A DNA stretch of 64,000 nucleotides from the human T2T-CHM13v2.0 reference genome, Homo sapiens, in the NCBI RefSeq assembly GCF_009914755.1, contig NC_060938.1, one strand, 5' to 3'. The notes beneath the pieces are model-generated. The model saw nothing but the letters and a program-made list of their open reading frames with translations. It did not search any database and was not told where the DNA came from. How positions within the stretch are numbered: position 1 is the stretch's first letter; each line of letters starts with the position of its first letter. This document shows, in pieces, positions 48,910 through 62,229 of the stretch. The position numbers and the translations under genes are program-made.

Positions 48910-49677
48910 ACATTCTACATTTAGTAACATTTATTTATGCATTCAGTATCAAGTACATAAGTGCAAATATCCAGAGTCCGTAATTGAATCCATTAGGAAC
49001 TACAGAGAAAGTAATACAAATTGTAATAAAGTTAACATGCTGGTACTTTTTAGTAACCATACATGTAAATCAGCCCACCAATCCCATACAACAAAAGTAC
49101 TGCATGTTTGTTTTGGATTTATTCATTTATTTAATTATTTTAAGTTATACAAAACTGATTACCATAAGTGCGGTCGACTGCTTTTATTTTTACGTTGTGT
49201 GTGTTGGAAAAATGCTAAAACATCAGTCTACAATTCTATATATTGTTATTAAAGATTAATCCAACCAGCAACCCAAGGACATATAAGCGATTTCCACTAT
49301 TGCATCAGAGCACTCGGCAGGAAAGGCCTAGCCACGGGGAACATTAGAAGCTACAGAAGCATTGCAGAGAAGAGAAGAAGAACACCGAAGAGGGAAAGAT
49401 AACTTGGGCTCTCACCATCATGCACTTTTTTTAGCAACACAAAATTAAAAACCACATCTAATACACTTTTCTCTATACTTTAGTGGTTGACACAAGTGAC
49501 TCAAATATCCTAAGAGTACAAGGAACAGCCTAAAAACAGCTGTTTTAAGGTTTGTCTCTAAGATTATGGTACTGGAGGGAGGGGGGAAAGACAATCAATT
49601 TGCAGTAATGAGTAAGAAGAGAGCTGTTACCACTCCAGACATTCCTGTTTGTGTCCAGTCCCCGGTGGGAAATCAGT
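48910..49677 (-). other. RTN1: RTN1 3' UTR
   Basis: Repeat-free sequence between the stop codon and the AATAAA signal; 3' end approximate. Confidence 0.85.
48930..48935 (-). terminator. RTN1 polyadenylation signal AATAAA
   Basis: tttatt on the plus strand, followed on the minus strand by a U/pyrimidine-rich downstream element. Confidence 0.8.
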
Positions 49678-49720
49678 TTACTCAGCGTGCCTCTTAGCGC
49701 CTGGGATTTTAGCCTGAATC
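49678..49720 (-). CDS. RTN1: RTN1 last coding segment (IQAKIPGAKRHAE*)
   Basis: Acceptor GTCTTTTTAG; TAA stop at 49680-49678; recognised RTN1 C-terminus. Confidence 0.96.
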
Positions 49721-50399
49721 CTAAAAAGACAGTATCAAAAGGTAGTAAATCACAAGTGTTATTAATGAAATCATTTTATGTGTTGTTGCTTTAATTAGCT
49801 AAGTGACCAAAGAACTTAATATTCCAGAAGATATTATAGTCTTTATGTAAGTACATCTGCAAATACTCTTCTATAAAGCAATAAGAAGGAAGTAAAAACT
49901 GGATAATGAAAATAACAGCAACAAAAAAGAGAATTGGAAGAAAGCCACATTTTTTAGATCTTTTTAGGTGGAGGAACATATTGACTTATTTCAGGATTAC
50001 AGAAACTGTGATATAGTTAGGGTGATTATTTATCCCCCATCTGGGACACTTCAGAAAGAGAGAGAAAGTGCTATTACTGACTATGCCAGGAAGATGAGCA
50101 TAAGTAGGGATGGTTATATAACTAGGGATATAATCTGTTCCTATGTTGGACATAGGAAAAGGAACCTATGTTCACCCTCAGAGTAGTCTAATTACCCACA
50201 ACTGGAATTTAAAAAGCTGGGTCCTAGTCTCAGCTATTCTATTAATTAGCTGTGTGGCATCCGGCAAGCTAAGGGACTTTTCTGGTCCTAAATACTCATT
50301 AAAATGTGGGCATAGACTAGATATCTCCAGGGTCCTGAAATTCTGTGATGCTCACAATGTAGCAGCATGATTTTCGGACAGGTTTACACTGGAAGTGTT

Positions 50400-51520
50400 T
50401 TGTTAATTTGAAGATTTATGAGCTTATCGTGCAGATTTTGATTGAGACCTCCCTCTGTGCCATGAGGTACCCTTCCATGTACTGGAATTCAGTGGTCAAC
50501 AAAAGGGAGGAGATGCTTGCTCTCATGGAGTTTTCATTCCTGTAGGAATTGAGGAGACAGAAATAAACTAGAAGACAAGAGAAGTTTAGATGGTGATAAC
50601 TGCTATAAAGAAAAACAAGGTGGTATGGCAGGCAGTGAGGGGCACAGTGGTAAGGTGTGTACCACCTCTTTTAAATCCACTCATCTGAGAAACTGATCCT
50701 CAGAGGACAGGAAGGGACCATCAGGCAAAGATCTGGATGTGAAGTGTTTCAGGCAGAGGGAGTAATGAGTGCAGAGGCATCACAGAGAGGACAAGCTGGC
50801 GGCAAGGAGATGAGAAGCCCGTTTGCTTGGGGTATGGACAGGGGAGGTCTGAAAGGCAGGCAGGGACCAGATGGTGGGTGTTGGAGTTTGTGGGATGCGG
50901 TGAGGAGTTTAGATTCTACCCTGTGTGATGGGAAACCATTGATGAATTTAGGCAGGGGAGTGACGTGATCTGATTAATGTTGTAAGAAGATCATGATGGT
51001 GGCTGTGTAAAAAAAAAATTGGGAAATGAGAGTAGAAGCAATGAACAGAGGGAGAGAAACCCACAGCAGTCCAAGTACCCGAAGGCAATGCCTGGATTGT
51101 ATGGTAGACATGGAAATGAAGAGAGGGGAACAGTCTCAGGGTTAGTTTAGAGATGAGGCTGCAGGACCCACTTGATCTGTTGATAAACTGAATGCATAGG
51201 CTAGGATTAGAGGAAGAGTAATCAAGGAAGATTCTTTGGTTTTTAGCCTGAGGAACCAGGTGAAAATGCCATTTACCAAGATTGTGATAACTGAAGGAAA
51301 TACAAGTTCTGGGGTGAGATTGCACGATGTGTGGCTAAGTGAATCTGAAAGGTCTATCAGACACTTTAGAGAAACCTTACATAAATAAGTGGATAGACCT
51401 GGTGCTTAGTTGAAGAGGTCTGGGCTGGAGACACAAGTTTGCAGCCCTAGACATGAGATAACCTTTAGGGTCACAGGACCAGAAGGGAGTTGGACAAGAG
51501 GAAGAGGTGCCAGCAGAGGA
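50400..51520 (-). mobile_element. L2 remnant in RTN1 last intron
   Basis: gctctcatggagt..., gatgggaaaccattgatg..., gggctggagacacaagttt. Confidence 0.65.
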
Positions 51521-51534
51521 CATGTGCAATGGTG

Positions 51535-52980
51535 ACCATCTAACTTCTATTTGAATACTTGAATGAATGTCAGGGTACTCACTCCTTCATGGGGCAGATG
51601 GTTCTATTATTGAGCAACTCTAATCATTACTCTTTTCCCTCATATTTCATTCAAATCTCAGAACTTCTAAAATTTCCATTCACTGCTCTTGAGAGAAAAA
51701 GGGAAATCCTACTCCTTTAGCAATGTTAGACCTCCAAGTATTTGAGAATGGCTATGGTGTCCTTTTAAAGTCATCTATTTTCCAGGGTAATCATCCCCAG
51801 CAAAGTTTGCTCTTCACTGCCCATTACTATCAGATTTCTAATACCACAGTACCCTGGTCATCTTTGTGGCATTACTCCAATGTATTAATGCATCTGTTAA
51901 AATGTCCAACCCTGAAATTGAACACAGATATGGGATGGCCAATATGGAATATAATATGACTGTTGCCTATGTTGATTTAGACTTTGTACTCCTACTAATA
52001 ACAACTCAACTTGCATTGATTTTTTAAAGATGCTTCAGCACATCATTGACTCACATTTGGCTGTGACCAATCAAGCAATTAAAACCCCCGAGGTATTTTT
52101 TACATACACCCTTATTGTTACCCTCTCTCATCTATCCCTCGCCGCATTCTATATCTGTAAAGTTGACTTTTTAGAAACCTAAATGTAGGACTTCACTTTC
52201 CTTATTAATTTCATTTTATTGATTTCAATTCGGCATTCTCGCTTACTCAAGATCCCTTGATTCATTTTGAATCTTGAGCTTGCCATCTTCTGAATTTGCT
52301 TTTGCTTCAAACTGTACATCATCTGGAACTTTGACAAAGATATTTGATTTGTCTTCACATAGTCATGAGAAGTAATGGGGTTGAAAGTAATGGGATCAAA
52401 GGCAGAGCCCTGTGTCACATACCTTGCCCCAGACACATATTGGATGGATTAATGAACATCTTTAGGGTCTATTATTTCAATCTTCTAGAATTCTACCACC
52501 TGTGCTATCATCTGGATCATACATCTCCATTTTTTTCCACAAGGACACCAAGAAGACTTGCTGACTACCCCCACTAAAATCAGAATACTCACTGGCTAGG
52601 GAAGTCCATCTCATCTCAGGGTTTAGTGAAGATACACTGATCTATTCTGAGTATCTACAGTTTTACTAATTCATTCTGGATTTTTGCTTGAAATTAGGCC
52701 TTCAGTTTATCAAATATAACATCTAGAATCTTTCTTTCTTCTCATTTGAAGATCGTGACAGCTCCTTTCCAATTTGAGTTTTCAGGATGTCCTTTATTCC
52801 ATGAGATTTATCAAAGGTCACCAAGAGAGCTTCTAGGTAAAATTACAAGCTACTTTGTCATTCTAAAACATAACTCACCTAGACATAGGGAATTGTATTC
52901 ACTTAAAGCAGATTTCTTATTATGGTCTCACTTACTCGAAGCTTTAATTTCCTCTACAGTGTTTATTTTGCCTTTTGAAA
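51535..52980 (-). mobile_element. CR1/L3 LINE remnant
   Basis: Degenerate CR1 RT-like motifs (catcatctggaactttga, ggcagagccctgtg). Confidence 0.55.
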
Positions 52981-53195
52981 TTTGAGGCTTTTTTCCTCAT
53001 TTTCAAAACTCTAAGAAGTGTTATTATGCATTATTAACCCCTATTTTAAGCTGGAAAACTGAGACAAACAAAGGTGAAACGACCTAGACAGGGTCACTCA
53101 GTATGGAGGAGAGACTGGCCCTGGTGTCTACTGGCCCAATCTGGGACTGTCCTCTACCTCCAAGCCCCATGAACCGATCTCTAAGCAGTAATCGG

Positions 53196-53440
53196 ATGAT
53201 GATGATGATGATGACAATGATATATAATATTGAGGGTTTCCTACATCCAAGTAAGAATACTTTACAGACATTACCTCATTTAATCACCAAGAACCCTGTG
53301 TGGTATTAACATTTCCAATTTACAGATAAGGAAATAGGCTCATAGAGTCAAATAACATTTATGATGAGCTCATACAGCTAAAAATGCCAGAAATGGACTC
53401 AGTCTGTCTGATTCTAACAATCATGTTCTTAACTGTACCA
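53196..53440 (-). mobile_element. MIR with an adjoining (ATG)n microsatellite
   Basis: (gat)n at about 53195-53212; tttacagataaggaaataggct core. Confidence 0.65.
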
Positions 53441-53799
53441 CTAAAGTGGTGTAAGTTCTTTTGCTGGAATTATTTATTCTAAGGTGGAATTACAATTTCA
53501 GAGGTTGAAGAGGACTTAGAGTTAAGATCCCACCAAGAAATTTCCTTCAAAATGTAGTGCCAGGCAAAACAGGTTATTTGGAAGAATTGTTGTTTCCTCC
53601 TCTCTGATAGATAGTGAGAACCATGTGACTTGCCTAGTTTCTCTTTTTGTCCTAGCTACCAGGAAATTCAGAGCCAACTCTGCCTGAAGCTCAATTACAG
53701 AAGCCATATTAGTCATAGGTAACATTTCCTTTCCATTCCTTTTCACAGCATTGATTTCCAATTGTAATTTAACAAGTACATTGTATATACTTTATATTC

Positions 53800-54520
53800 T
53801 CTGCCATCTCTCTTTTCCCTCCATTTTAACCAGGCCATGCCCTTGTCACTTTTATTTGAATTATGATAACCTCCTAGCTGATGGCCACATCTCTAGTCTC
53901 TCCCCTCTCCAATTCTTTTCTCACTAGACTGCCATAGTGATCTTTAAAAAACATAAATCTGATGATATCAATCCCCTGCTTAAAAACATCAAGGGGTGGC
54001 CATTTCCTGCTGGGTTGGAATCAAAACTCCACAGAGCATTCACCACCTGGCCTCAGCCTCTCTTCCTACATTCTTTCCAGTTGATCTTTCGACTCAGTTA
54101 AGCTCTAGACATACTGGTTGACTGTTGCCTATTAAACATGACTTACATTTTCATGCTTCTCTGTCTTTGCTTTATTACCTCTTCCTCTTGCAACGTCTTT
54201 CCCCTTATCATCCACGTGATGACTGTTTACCCATCCTTCAAGGCCCAGGTTGAATGCCACCTTATCTTAATGGCTTTCCATATCCTGTCCAGGAAGGAAC
54301 AATTGTTTCCTCATCTCTCTGACTTTAGTATTTCATATAGCTCTACTGTACTTATTATATTTTATTATAGTTATTTCTGTATAATTTTGTCTGCACCACT
54401 GGGCTAAGAGCTCTTTTAGGGCTGAGATCATTTCATTTATCTTTATACCCTCTGTACCTATCATATGAAGTGTCCAGAACATAACAGGTACTCCTCTTTT
54501 TGGACTCAACCAACAAACCA
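53800..54520 (+). mobile_element. L2 3' remnant
   Basis: cccctctccaatt...aaatctgatgatatc...cccctgcttaaaa...atccttcaaggcccag. Confidence 0.65.
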
Positions 54521-55996
54521 AATGAAAAAGTAATAGGTATGATTTGTGATACTCAAACTAAGTATTGGACAACTTAGGTCTAGAACTTCTATCTTCCAGT
54601 TTCCAAACTCCTATTCTGGTATTCTTTGCTATAGTTTATGAACACAGTTCTAGTTGCCAAAAAGTCACCTGAAGAGTTCATTAAAATATACATTCCAGGT
54701 TACCAATCCTAGACATTCTAATTCTATAGGTCTGTGTGGAGTCTTAGCATTTGTATTTTTAAACAGGCTCCTCAGGTTCGGGTACCACCAAGTCTCATAC
54801 TGTGCTATGATACCATTTCTTAATACAAAATAAAATGATTATTTTATGCTTAATGTGTTGATTTTCATTAGGTATTGGTTACACCTGGGTCCAAGCTGAT
54901 ACGTTCAGGCATTTTGAAATGTGTTGTAGATCTCTCAAAGATCCAAATTCAACATAGAACCCTATGAGTTCCTAATGACTTTAAGAGGACAAATGTAAAT
55001 AATACACAGTAAAAAACAAAAGTTTATAAACTTCAGAGGGAACTGAAGCACATCACATATAATCTAATAGCAGAGGAACTTTAATGTGATTGGCCTTTCT
55101 TATTTTGTTATTACACATCTTTAACTACCTAAAATGCCTCTCTCTAAATCTGACCCTCACCTAGGTCCAGCCACATTATTATCAGATAATTAGATAGAGT
55201 TTTTGTGAAAAAGTCTAGTCCTTTGGTGAAATATATTTATAGTTAAAGATTAGGCTAGCTTTTTAATAAAACAAAATATTGAATAATAATGCAATATAAG
55301 AGCTATCACTTTAGATGACTACATACCTAAAAATAGTAATGTAAGAATTAGGGAAAACTCCTAAGTTTAATGATCATGTTAGCTATGGGTATGTAAAACT
55401 GAAATCTCTATCTCCTAATATATAAGGGAGCCATAAAGTAAGGCTGAAGACTCAGGTTTAAAAAGCAGTGGTATTAAACACATACACACAGTTGTCGAGT
55501 TAAAATGGTGTGATGTATTTAGTTGGCAAACATTTTATGTATTTTAAAGTTCTAAAAATAATTCAAAGTTTTAAAAGTAATTTAAATGATTTTTTAAAAA
55601 TTAGTGCTATTCATTGTTTAAAAGATTAAAAATGTTAACTTGTTTTTATTTGAATTAAACTGTTAATTTTACTTTTTTGAATCAAGTTTCCTTCTTTCCT
55701 CCAATGCATCTTGTTCTTGTACATGGGCCAGTCCTTAGAGCTTAATATCATGCATTCATTAAAACTTATTATGAAACCTGAATAAACCACTGGGTTTAAT
55801 TTAATTGAGAGTTTAAAAACTTATGCTTATTTTCTAAAATAACATAATTGAGAAGAGAATGAATATATGATTCCAGTAAGTGAATGACCATAAATCAATC
55901 TATCATTTTACTATCTTCTCATTACCCCTATCCTAATCCACTCAAATGCTGATGTAAGAGAGTCTCTCCTTTTATGCATTGCACTATGTGACTTAC

Positions 55997-56055
55997 TTTG
56001 CCACAACAGCATTTATGTGAGTCCTCACAAGTCCCAGATATTGGTCAATCTGTGC
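55997..56055 (-). CDS. RTN1: RTN1 RHD exon (AQIDQYLGLVRTHINAVVAK)
   Basis: Acceptor TTTATGTAG, donor AA|GTAAGT; 59 nt; preceded by an 88-nt intron. Confidence 0.96.
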
Positions 56056-56143
56056 CTACATAAAGAAAAAAAAAATAATGAGCATATCCAAAGATGATGA
56101 GGTCAAAATTCAATGCCATTTTTTGACATCACATAGAACTTAC

Positions 56144-56190
56144 CTGGTGCTTAACATACACTACAGGTAGAGTAAACATTGAAACCACAG
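56144..56190 (-). CDS. RTN1: RTN1 RHD exon (AVVSMFTLPVVYVKHQ)
   Basis: Acceptor TTCATCCCAG, donor CAG|GTAAGT; 47 nt. Confidence 0.96.
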
Positions 56191-56783
56191 CTGGGATGAA
56201 AAACAAATATAGTATTAAAATTCTGAGTTATCAATAAGAATACGCTTATAGACACATTTTTATATGGTTATATGATATTATAGCATTATTTGGAATATAC
56301 AGCATTTTATTTTATTTTTTATTCCCTATTTTGAGAAGCAATATCCAGCATTCTAGATAAAAGATGACAGGGCAGTTCATAGGGAAAATAAAATGATGCT
56401 GAGCCCTGTACAGGTATTTTGTAATTATTCCTAGAATTAGGATAAACTCTCCCCTCCCAAGATGAAAATGAATCCATCCATAGCTGCCACTGTAAACAGA
56501 TCCAAATATATATATTGATCCAAATATATATATTACAAGCCAGAAAGAAGCCAGTTATGTTTGAAGAAAAAAAACCCTTTAGACTTAGGAATTCATTATT
56601 AGTGTATAATATATATTATACTCTTTAATTGAACTATGATGGTAAGAGAAGTGCTCTGCACTCAGGGATATCTGGCATTTGTTCCTAGGAATCTCTTTAA
56701 ACAAACAAAAAGCTTACAGCCTAGGAAGCAGCGTTTTCACAGAGGGGGTGAAGGAAGACGTATACAGTCTTATCTGCTCTTAC

Positions 56784-56853
56784 CCATGAGCAGCAGGGTC
56801 AGGCCATTGAAGAGAGCGCCAACGTAGGTCAGGAGCCACATCAGGACTGCAAA
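56784..56853 (-). CDS. RTN1: RTN1 RHD exon (FAVLMWLLTYVGALFNGLTLLLM)
   Basis: Acceptor TCTTCAG, donor G|GTAAGA; 70 nt. Confidence 0.96.
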
Positions 56854-57075
56854 CTGAAGAACGAAAGCATTATTAGAGCTCCTAAAACCCTTCCTGACAA
56901 GTTAGAGTCTCATATCATTGACTTTTACCTAGATTTGAATTTGAGTCAGAATACATCATGATTTCGATAGTCAATGAAAGGCGTTGAAAGCTCATCACAG
57001 AATCAGTGAAAGAGGATCCAGTCCTTAGTTCTCTTGGAACTATTTGGATCACTTTGTTATAAGGTTTGAGGGACT

Positions 57076-57396
57076 CAAGGAAATAATAATCTACGAAGCT
57101 GTGGCCCTTGACCGGTTTTTGCATAGGCCCACGAGTTAATAAAGGTTTTTACATTTTTAAATGTTCAAATAAAATCAAAACAAGATTAATATTTTCTAAT
57201 ATATGAAATGATATTGAATCAAATTTTTAGTGTTCAGAAGTCTTATGGGCACACAGTCAAGCCCTTCCTTTTTGTACTGTCTTTTTCTGCTTTTGTGCTA
57301 CAATGGCAAAGTTGAAAAGGTGCCACAGATGGTGTGGCTTGCAAAGCCTAAAGTATCTACCATCTGTCTCTTTACGGACAAGGTTTGCTGACCCCT
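57076..57396. mobile_element. MER58-type hAT DNA transposon
   Basis: ggtttttacatttttaaatg...aaagcctaaa...tttgctgacccctg. Confidence 0.75.
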
Positions 57397-58299
57397 GTTC
57401 TGGCCCACAATTTTTACATTACAAATACAACCATGGCCTTAAAAGCACTAAGGTAAGTAATTATAATTGCCCTGGTATCTCTCTTCAGTCATTATATGGC
57501 AAGTCATTATTCCAGTAAAGCATTTTGAGGGTCAAGACCACATTTTTCACTTTTCCTTCTGCCCTTCTTTGAACAGTTACCAGACAGCTCCCAGTACAAG
57601 CCCCTGCCAGGGTGTGTATAAAGTGCTGTGAGAGCACAGAAACTTCACAACTACCTTGTCTGGGCTTCCCCAGCTCTGCTTATGACCATGCCGAATCACG
57701 ATTGACTAACTTTGATTCCACGTGTAAGTCACCAGGAGGCCAAAGCAACTTATTCAAAGGAACCCAGCAAATTCAGTGAGAGCCCCAGGTGCCCCTGATC
57801 CTCATCAAGTGAGAGGCTGGGCATACCTCTAGCCTCAGAGCTGTAACTACATAAGCACACTTGGAGGGCTTACTATTAATATTAGTAGAATCTAGAGTTT
57901 CCTTCAATGCAAAAGTATATATGGTTTTCACATTCCCTATCTAGATTTTTTATCTTAATATTAATTTTGGGAAATTGTCGGAGGAACTAAAAATGGTTTA
58001 AGGAGACAATCTGGTGTGTTGTAAAGACTATAGAGCTAGAAGCTATGTGACCTGGGTTTGATTCCAGCTCTGCCAGTGACTCATTGGGCAACCCTGGACA
58101 AATGTCTCAGCCACATTTTCATCATTGGTACAATGAAGGGATTAGACTGGTTCATGGTGCCATACAACTGGAGGTCTTCTGACTCTAGAATATAATTAGC
58201 ACTTGCTTTTTATTCTTCTTGATGTAGCAGTTTACAGTATTACACCTTTAGGGAAAATAACAGTCAAGACTGTGAAGTGAACAGCTTAAGCAACTATAC

Positions 58300-58438
58300 T
58301 TTTAAGGAATCCACCAGGTCCTGGACAAGGAAGAGCCTCCTCAGTTCCTTAAGTGTGCTGTTCACGTAGAACTGCAGGCAGTCCGTGTACTTCTGAATCT
58401 GCTCCTGAGAAAGGGTGATCTCAAGCTCCAAGTAGGCC
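58300..58438 (-). CDS. RTN1: RTN1 RHD exon (AYLELEITLSQEQIQKYTDCLQFYVNSTLKELRRLFLVQDLVDSLK)
   Basis: Acceptor GTTGACAG, donor AAA|GTATAG; 139 nt; in frame. Confidence 0.96.
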
Positions 58439-59035
58439 CTGTCAACAAACCATTCCCACAGAAAATTCCGTCAGAGGGAATCATGAGACAGGCTGCCGAA
58501 CCCCAGTAACAGCTAAGCGTTCCTACTCTCACTCTGAGGGTGAGAGCAGGAGTCATCTCTGGGGGGTTATGCCAGCCAGTGAGGGCCACAGGGCACCGTA
58601 CACACCTGCTTCCATGCACTGAGAACACAGAAAGCATGGTTCTCAGTGGAGCATTGTGACTGTTTCTGGCTACCTAAGACACAGCATGGGTGGGCTGAAA
58701 ATTCAGAGAAACCAGCTGGGACCAGAGAAAAAAAATTAGTGCCAAATCAGCTCATTTGCTGAATTCTCCACACATGACTTCATGGAGATAAATTATCTTT
58801 TTTTAAGTAGTTGAGATAGCTCAAAATCCTAGCTGCCAACTGTTCCTCATCAGATCTCTAAGAATTCATGTTTAAATTCTAGAATTTACTTCCAGGTTTA
58901 TAGAAAGAGCATTGAAAACTCAAGTGACCTGGGCCATATTAAAATACTTATGGGTTCTACTGAGTGGTATTTTTAATAATGACATTTTTCATTAGTTCAA
59001 ATGGTTAAATTTAATTCTTGGGTGGGAAAAACATG

Positions 59036-59056
59036 ATATATATATATATATATATA
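59036..59056. repeat. (TA)n microsatellite
   Basis: About 10 TA units. Confidence 0.9.
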
Positions 59057-59261
59057 AATCATACCAGCTTAAGCCTCCTCTGCTTGGCCAAGCTCCTCCA
59101 CAGAGGTCCATCCTTCCTCTCTCCTTTCCTGCCTCCCCTCTGCTCTAAGACTGCACCTGTTATCTACCTAGAGGATATTTCTAGAGTGCTTTAAGTGCTT
59201 ACTTAACCCTGTGAATTGAGATAAAAAGAGTAAAGCAGTATTTGGCTTGAGTTTTCAGGAG

Positions 59262-59595
59262 TGTTATGGACTGAATGTGTCCTCCCCAAATTCATGTTGA
59301 AATCTTAACCCCCTATGTGATAGTGTTAGGAGGTGGGGCCTTGTGGGGGTGATTAGGTCATGAGTGCACAGCCCTCACAAATGGGATTAGTGCCCTTAGA
59401 AAAGAGGCCCAAGGGAGCTTGTTCACTCCGTCCCACAGTGAAAGTGAGGACACAGTGAGGAGCTGGCAATCTGCAACCCAGGCAAGGGCCCTCAACAGAA
59501 TCCTACCCTGCTGGCACCTTGATCTTGGATTTCCCAGCCTCCAGAACAAGCACTCTGTCTATGGTATTTTGTTATAGCAGCTGGCAGTGCTAACA
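59262..59595 (+). mobile_element. MLT1A-type MaLR LTR
   Basis: tgttatggactgaatgtgtcc...aatgggattagtgccctt...tattttgttatagcagc. Confidence 0.85.
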
Positions 59596-60216
59596 CCTCC
59601 CTCTGCCACATGTCATATATCCGCTTAGTTAGTAGATTGCCCTTTTATTTTTGTATTTCCTCCTCTTCAATGTGCATTCAAATCAGGTTTCCCCAGTATA
59701 AAAATGTAGAGGAGGATACATGAGAAGACTGTTCATGAACCCTGCACCCCCACCAGAAGGTTGGCCCTTTGGTGTTAAACTTCTAGAGAAAGCATGGAAA
59801 TAAAGACCCAAATACCCTAGTCCTGGTTTCGTGCTATTTACTGGCCACCTGGCCTTGAGCATGTCATGTCACTTCTCAGAACCTCAGTGTTCCCACCTGT
59901 AAATAGGGACAAAAATGCCTGCTGTGCCTTTCTGATATTGCTGAGAGGATTAAGTAATTGTTGGATTATGATTACTGTTAATAGTAAATACATATGAAAA
60001 CTCAACAAAGCAATAAGTATTGGAATAAGAATAATCGAGTTTGTTTCAGAAATTCACCAGAAATGTTAGATATTCAAAGACAGGGTGTTAGGGGAGACTC
60101 TAAGAGGTCTGTTGGGTCTCAGAGAAACATGACTCAAGTGCATCTGTGAGCTGAAATACAGGTGAGGGTAAAAGCCCCTGGTCAGTGGGTGAGGGCTCCT
60201 CAGCTGAGGCACTCAC

Positions 60217-60424
60217 TTGAAAGGGTGGCCTTCGTCGGTTTTCTGCACTGCTTGTAAAACAGACTTGTAGATGCGGAAACTGATGGTGGCTGAGAGTGCG
60301 GCCAGGGCCAGGTAGGCCACGACGCTCACCACGCTGAACTGGGTCAGGGAGAAGAGCAGCAGCAGGAAACTCCCAAACACGATGCCCGTCTGCTTGATGT
60401 CCCGCCAATACAACAGGTCAATAG
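60217..60424 (-). CDS. RTN1: Reticulon-1, first reticulon homology domain exon ([19 protein letters not shown]...TDEGHPFK)
   Basis: Recognised RTN1 RHD sequence; acceptor CTGCAG, donor AA|GTGAGT; 208 nt. Confidence 0.97.
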
Positions 60425-60790
60425 CTGCAGGAGACACCAAACACACCCAGCTGAGCTCCCGCAGTGCCGCCACATGAACCGCTGTGGCTCACTCCACCAA
60501 GCTGTGGTTGCTGTGGGTTCTCACCTGGCATCTGGATTCCTAAACACAAGTGAGCAGACAGATGGCTGTGCCAAGGGCACTTACTGTCATTCCACTTTGG
60601 TTTGGAAGAATCTTTTCCACCCTTGAGGATAATTCACAAATTCACATATAAGAAAAGACTATTGAATCTCCATTGACCATATCGCGATGGGTGTAGCTCT
60701 GTGGGCTACACCATCCATACAGTGGCCTGAATTATGTGACTTTGAAACAAACTTGAAAATATAGAGGACTCTGTGAAGTACCACTTCACT

Positions 60791-60857
60791 CCACTGCACT
60801 CCAGCCTGGGTGACAGGGTTAGACTCTGTCTTAAAAAAAAAAAAAAAAGAGAGAGAG
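60791..60857 (+). mobile_element. Alu 3' fragment
   Basis: ccactgcactccagcctgggtgacag plus poly-A. Confidence 0.85.
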
Positions 60858-61933
60858 CCCCTGGAGCTGACATGTGGACTAAACCATTTTGTTCAACATG
60901 GTTTGTTTGCTTACATTCTGTGATTTAAAAATCTGAAATGCAACCTTTAAAATCTACATTGCATCCACCATTCAGTTATTACCCTCCTTCAACTTAGAAA
61001 CAAAAAATTACATGCAAAAGAGTAGTCATAGTGCTTCAAATGTCATGCAAAATGGAAATACTTTAAATATTCCAGTCCCGGGATATAAAAAAAAATAGCA
61101 TAAAACCCTTACTGAAGGATCTATGCAAATTTACCCTCCAACTGGGTATGTGACAAATGGTTTTTATAGAATTCTATGCCAATCAATTTTAAGGAAGAGA
61201 AATAAGATGCAAAATTCCCATCTCACAACCAAATGTAAGTGGTAGTGGTTTGTACTGCTAGCTTCACCTGCAGTGTACCTGCAGACACCTGGTTTACAGA
61301 ATTAGACTCCAGTCATTTGCTCATAGGAAGACAGAAGTGATCAGGTTGAAGAGAGCAGGGAGCTACTCCCATTTTACATGGGTGTGTAATTAGCATGAAA
61401 GAACAATATTGAAAAAGTCACATGCCCTCATGACAATGCAAGGCAATAGAGGTGACATAAGGAATTTTTGCAGAGTAAAGTACTAACCCTCTCTTTGGCT
61501 ACAGACTTACCTCAGGCTGGCTGGAGAGTAAATCAGGTCTAAAAGAGTCTCCTTCATAACAGGCTGAGGATACTCCCAGCAATCTGAAGCCGGAGAGAGA
61601 ATTCACTCCCCACAAACTCCCCACCCACCACCACTACCTGGTCCATCAGGGACATTAACTCAGAAAGACTCCAGTAGGCAGACCTTTGTTGGGCAAAATT
61701 TGTTCCCTTTCCTCTATTACATTTCTGCCATGTAGGAAATAGAGAAGAGGCTCACAAGCATGTTTTGGGGGTGAAACAGATCTTTTTTTTCTCTTTTGAG
61801 TAGGACTGGTCCTACAAATAGGTTTCCAGAGGCAAAAATAAAAAATAAAAAAAAAGGACTGTGCTCTAAAGCCTCTCTCTTCTCCCTATCCTGACCCCAG
61901 TCACACTGTCTGACCATTAGAAATTCATTTCTG

Positions 61934-62229
<296 letters not shown>

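Noticed and set aside
60213-60473. ORF-track N-terminal extension [16 protein letters not shown] before the RTN1 RHD exon
   Set aside because: It starts at a non-ATG codon (GTG) in intronic sequence upstream of the clear CTGCAG acceptor.
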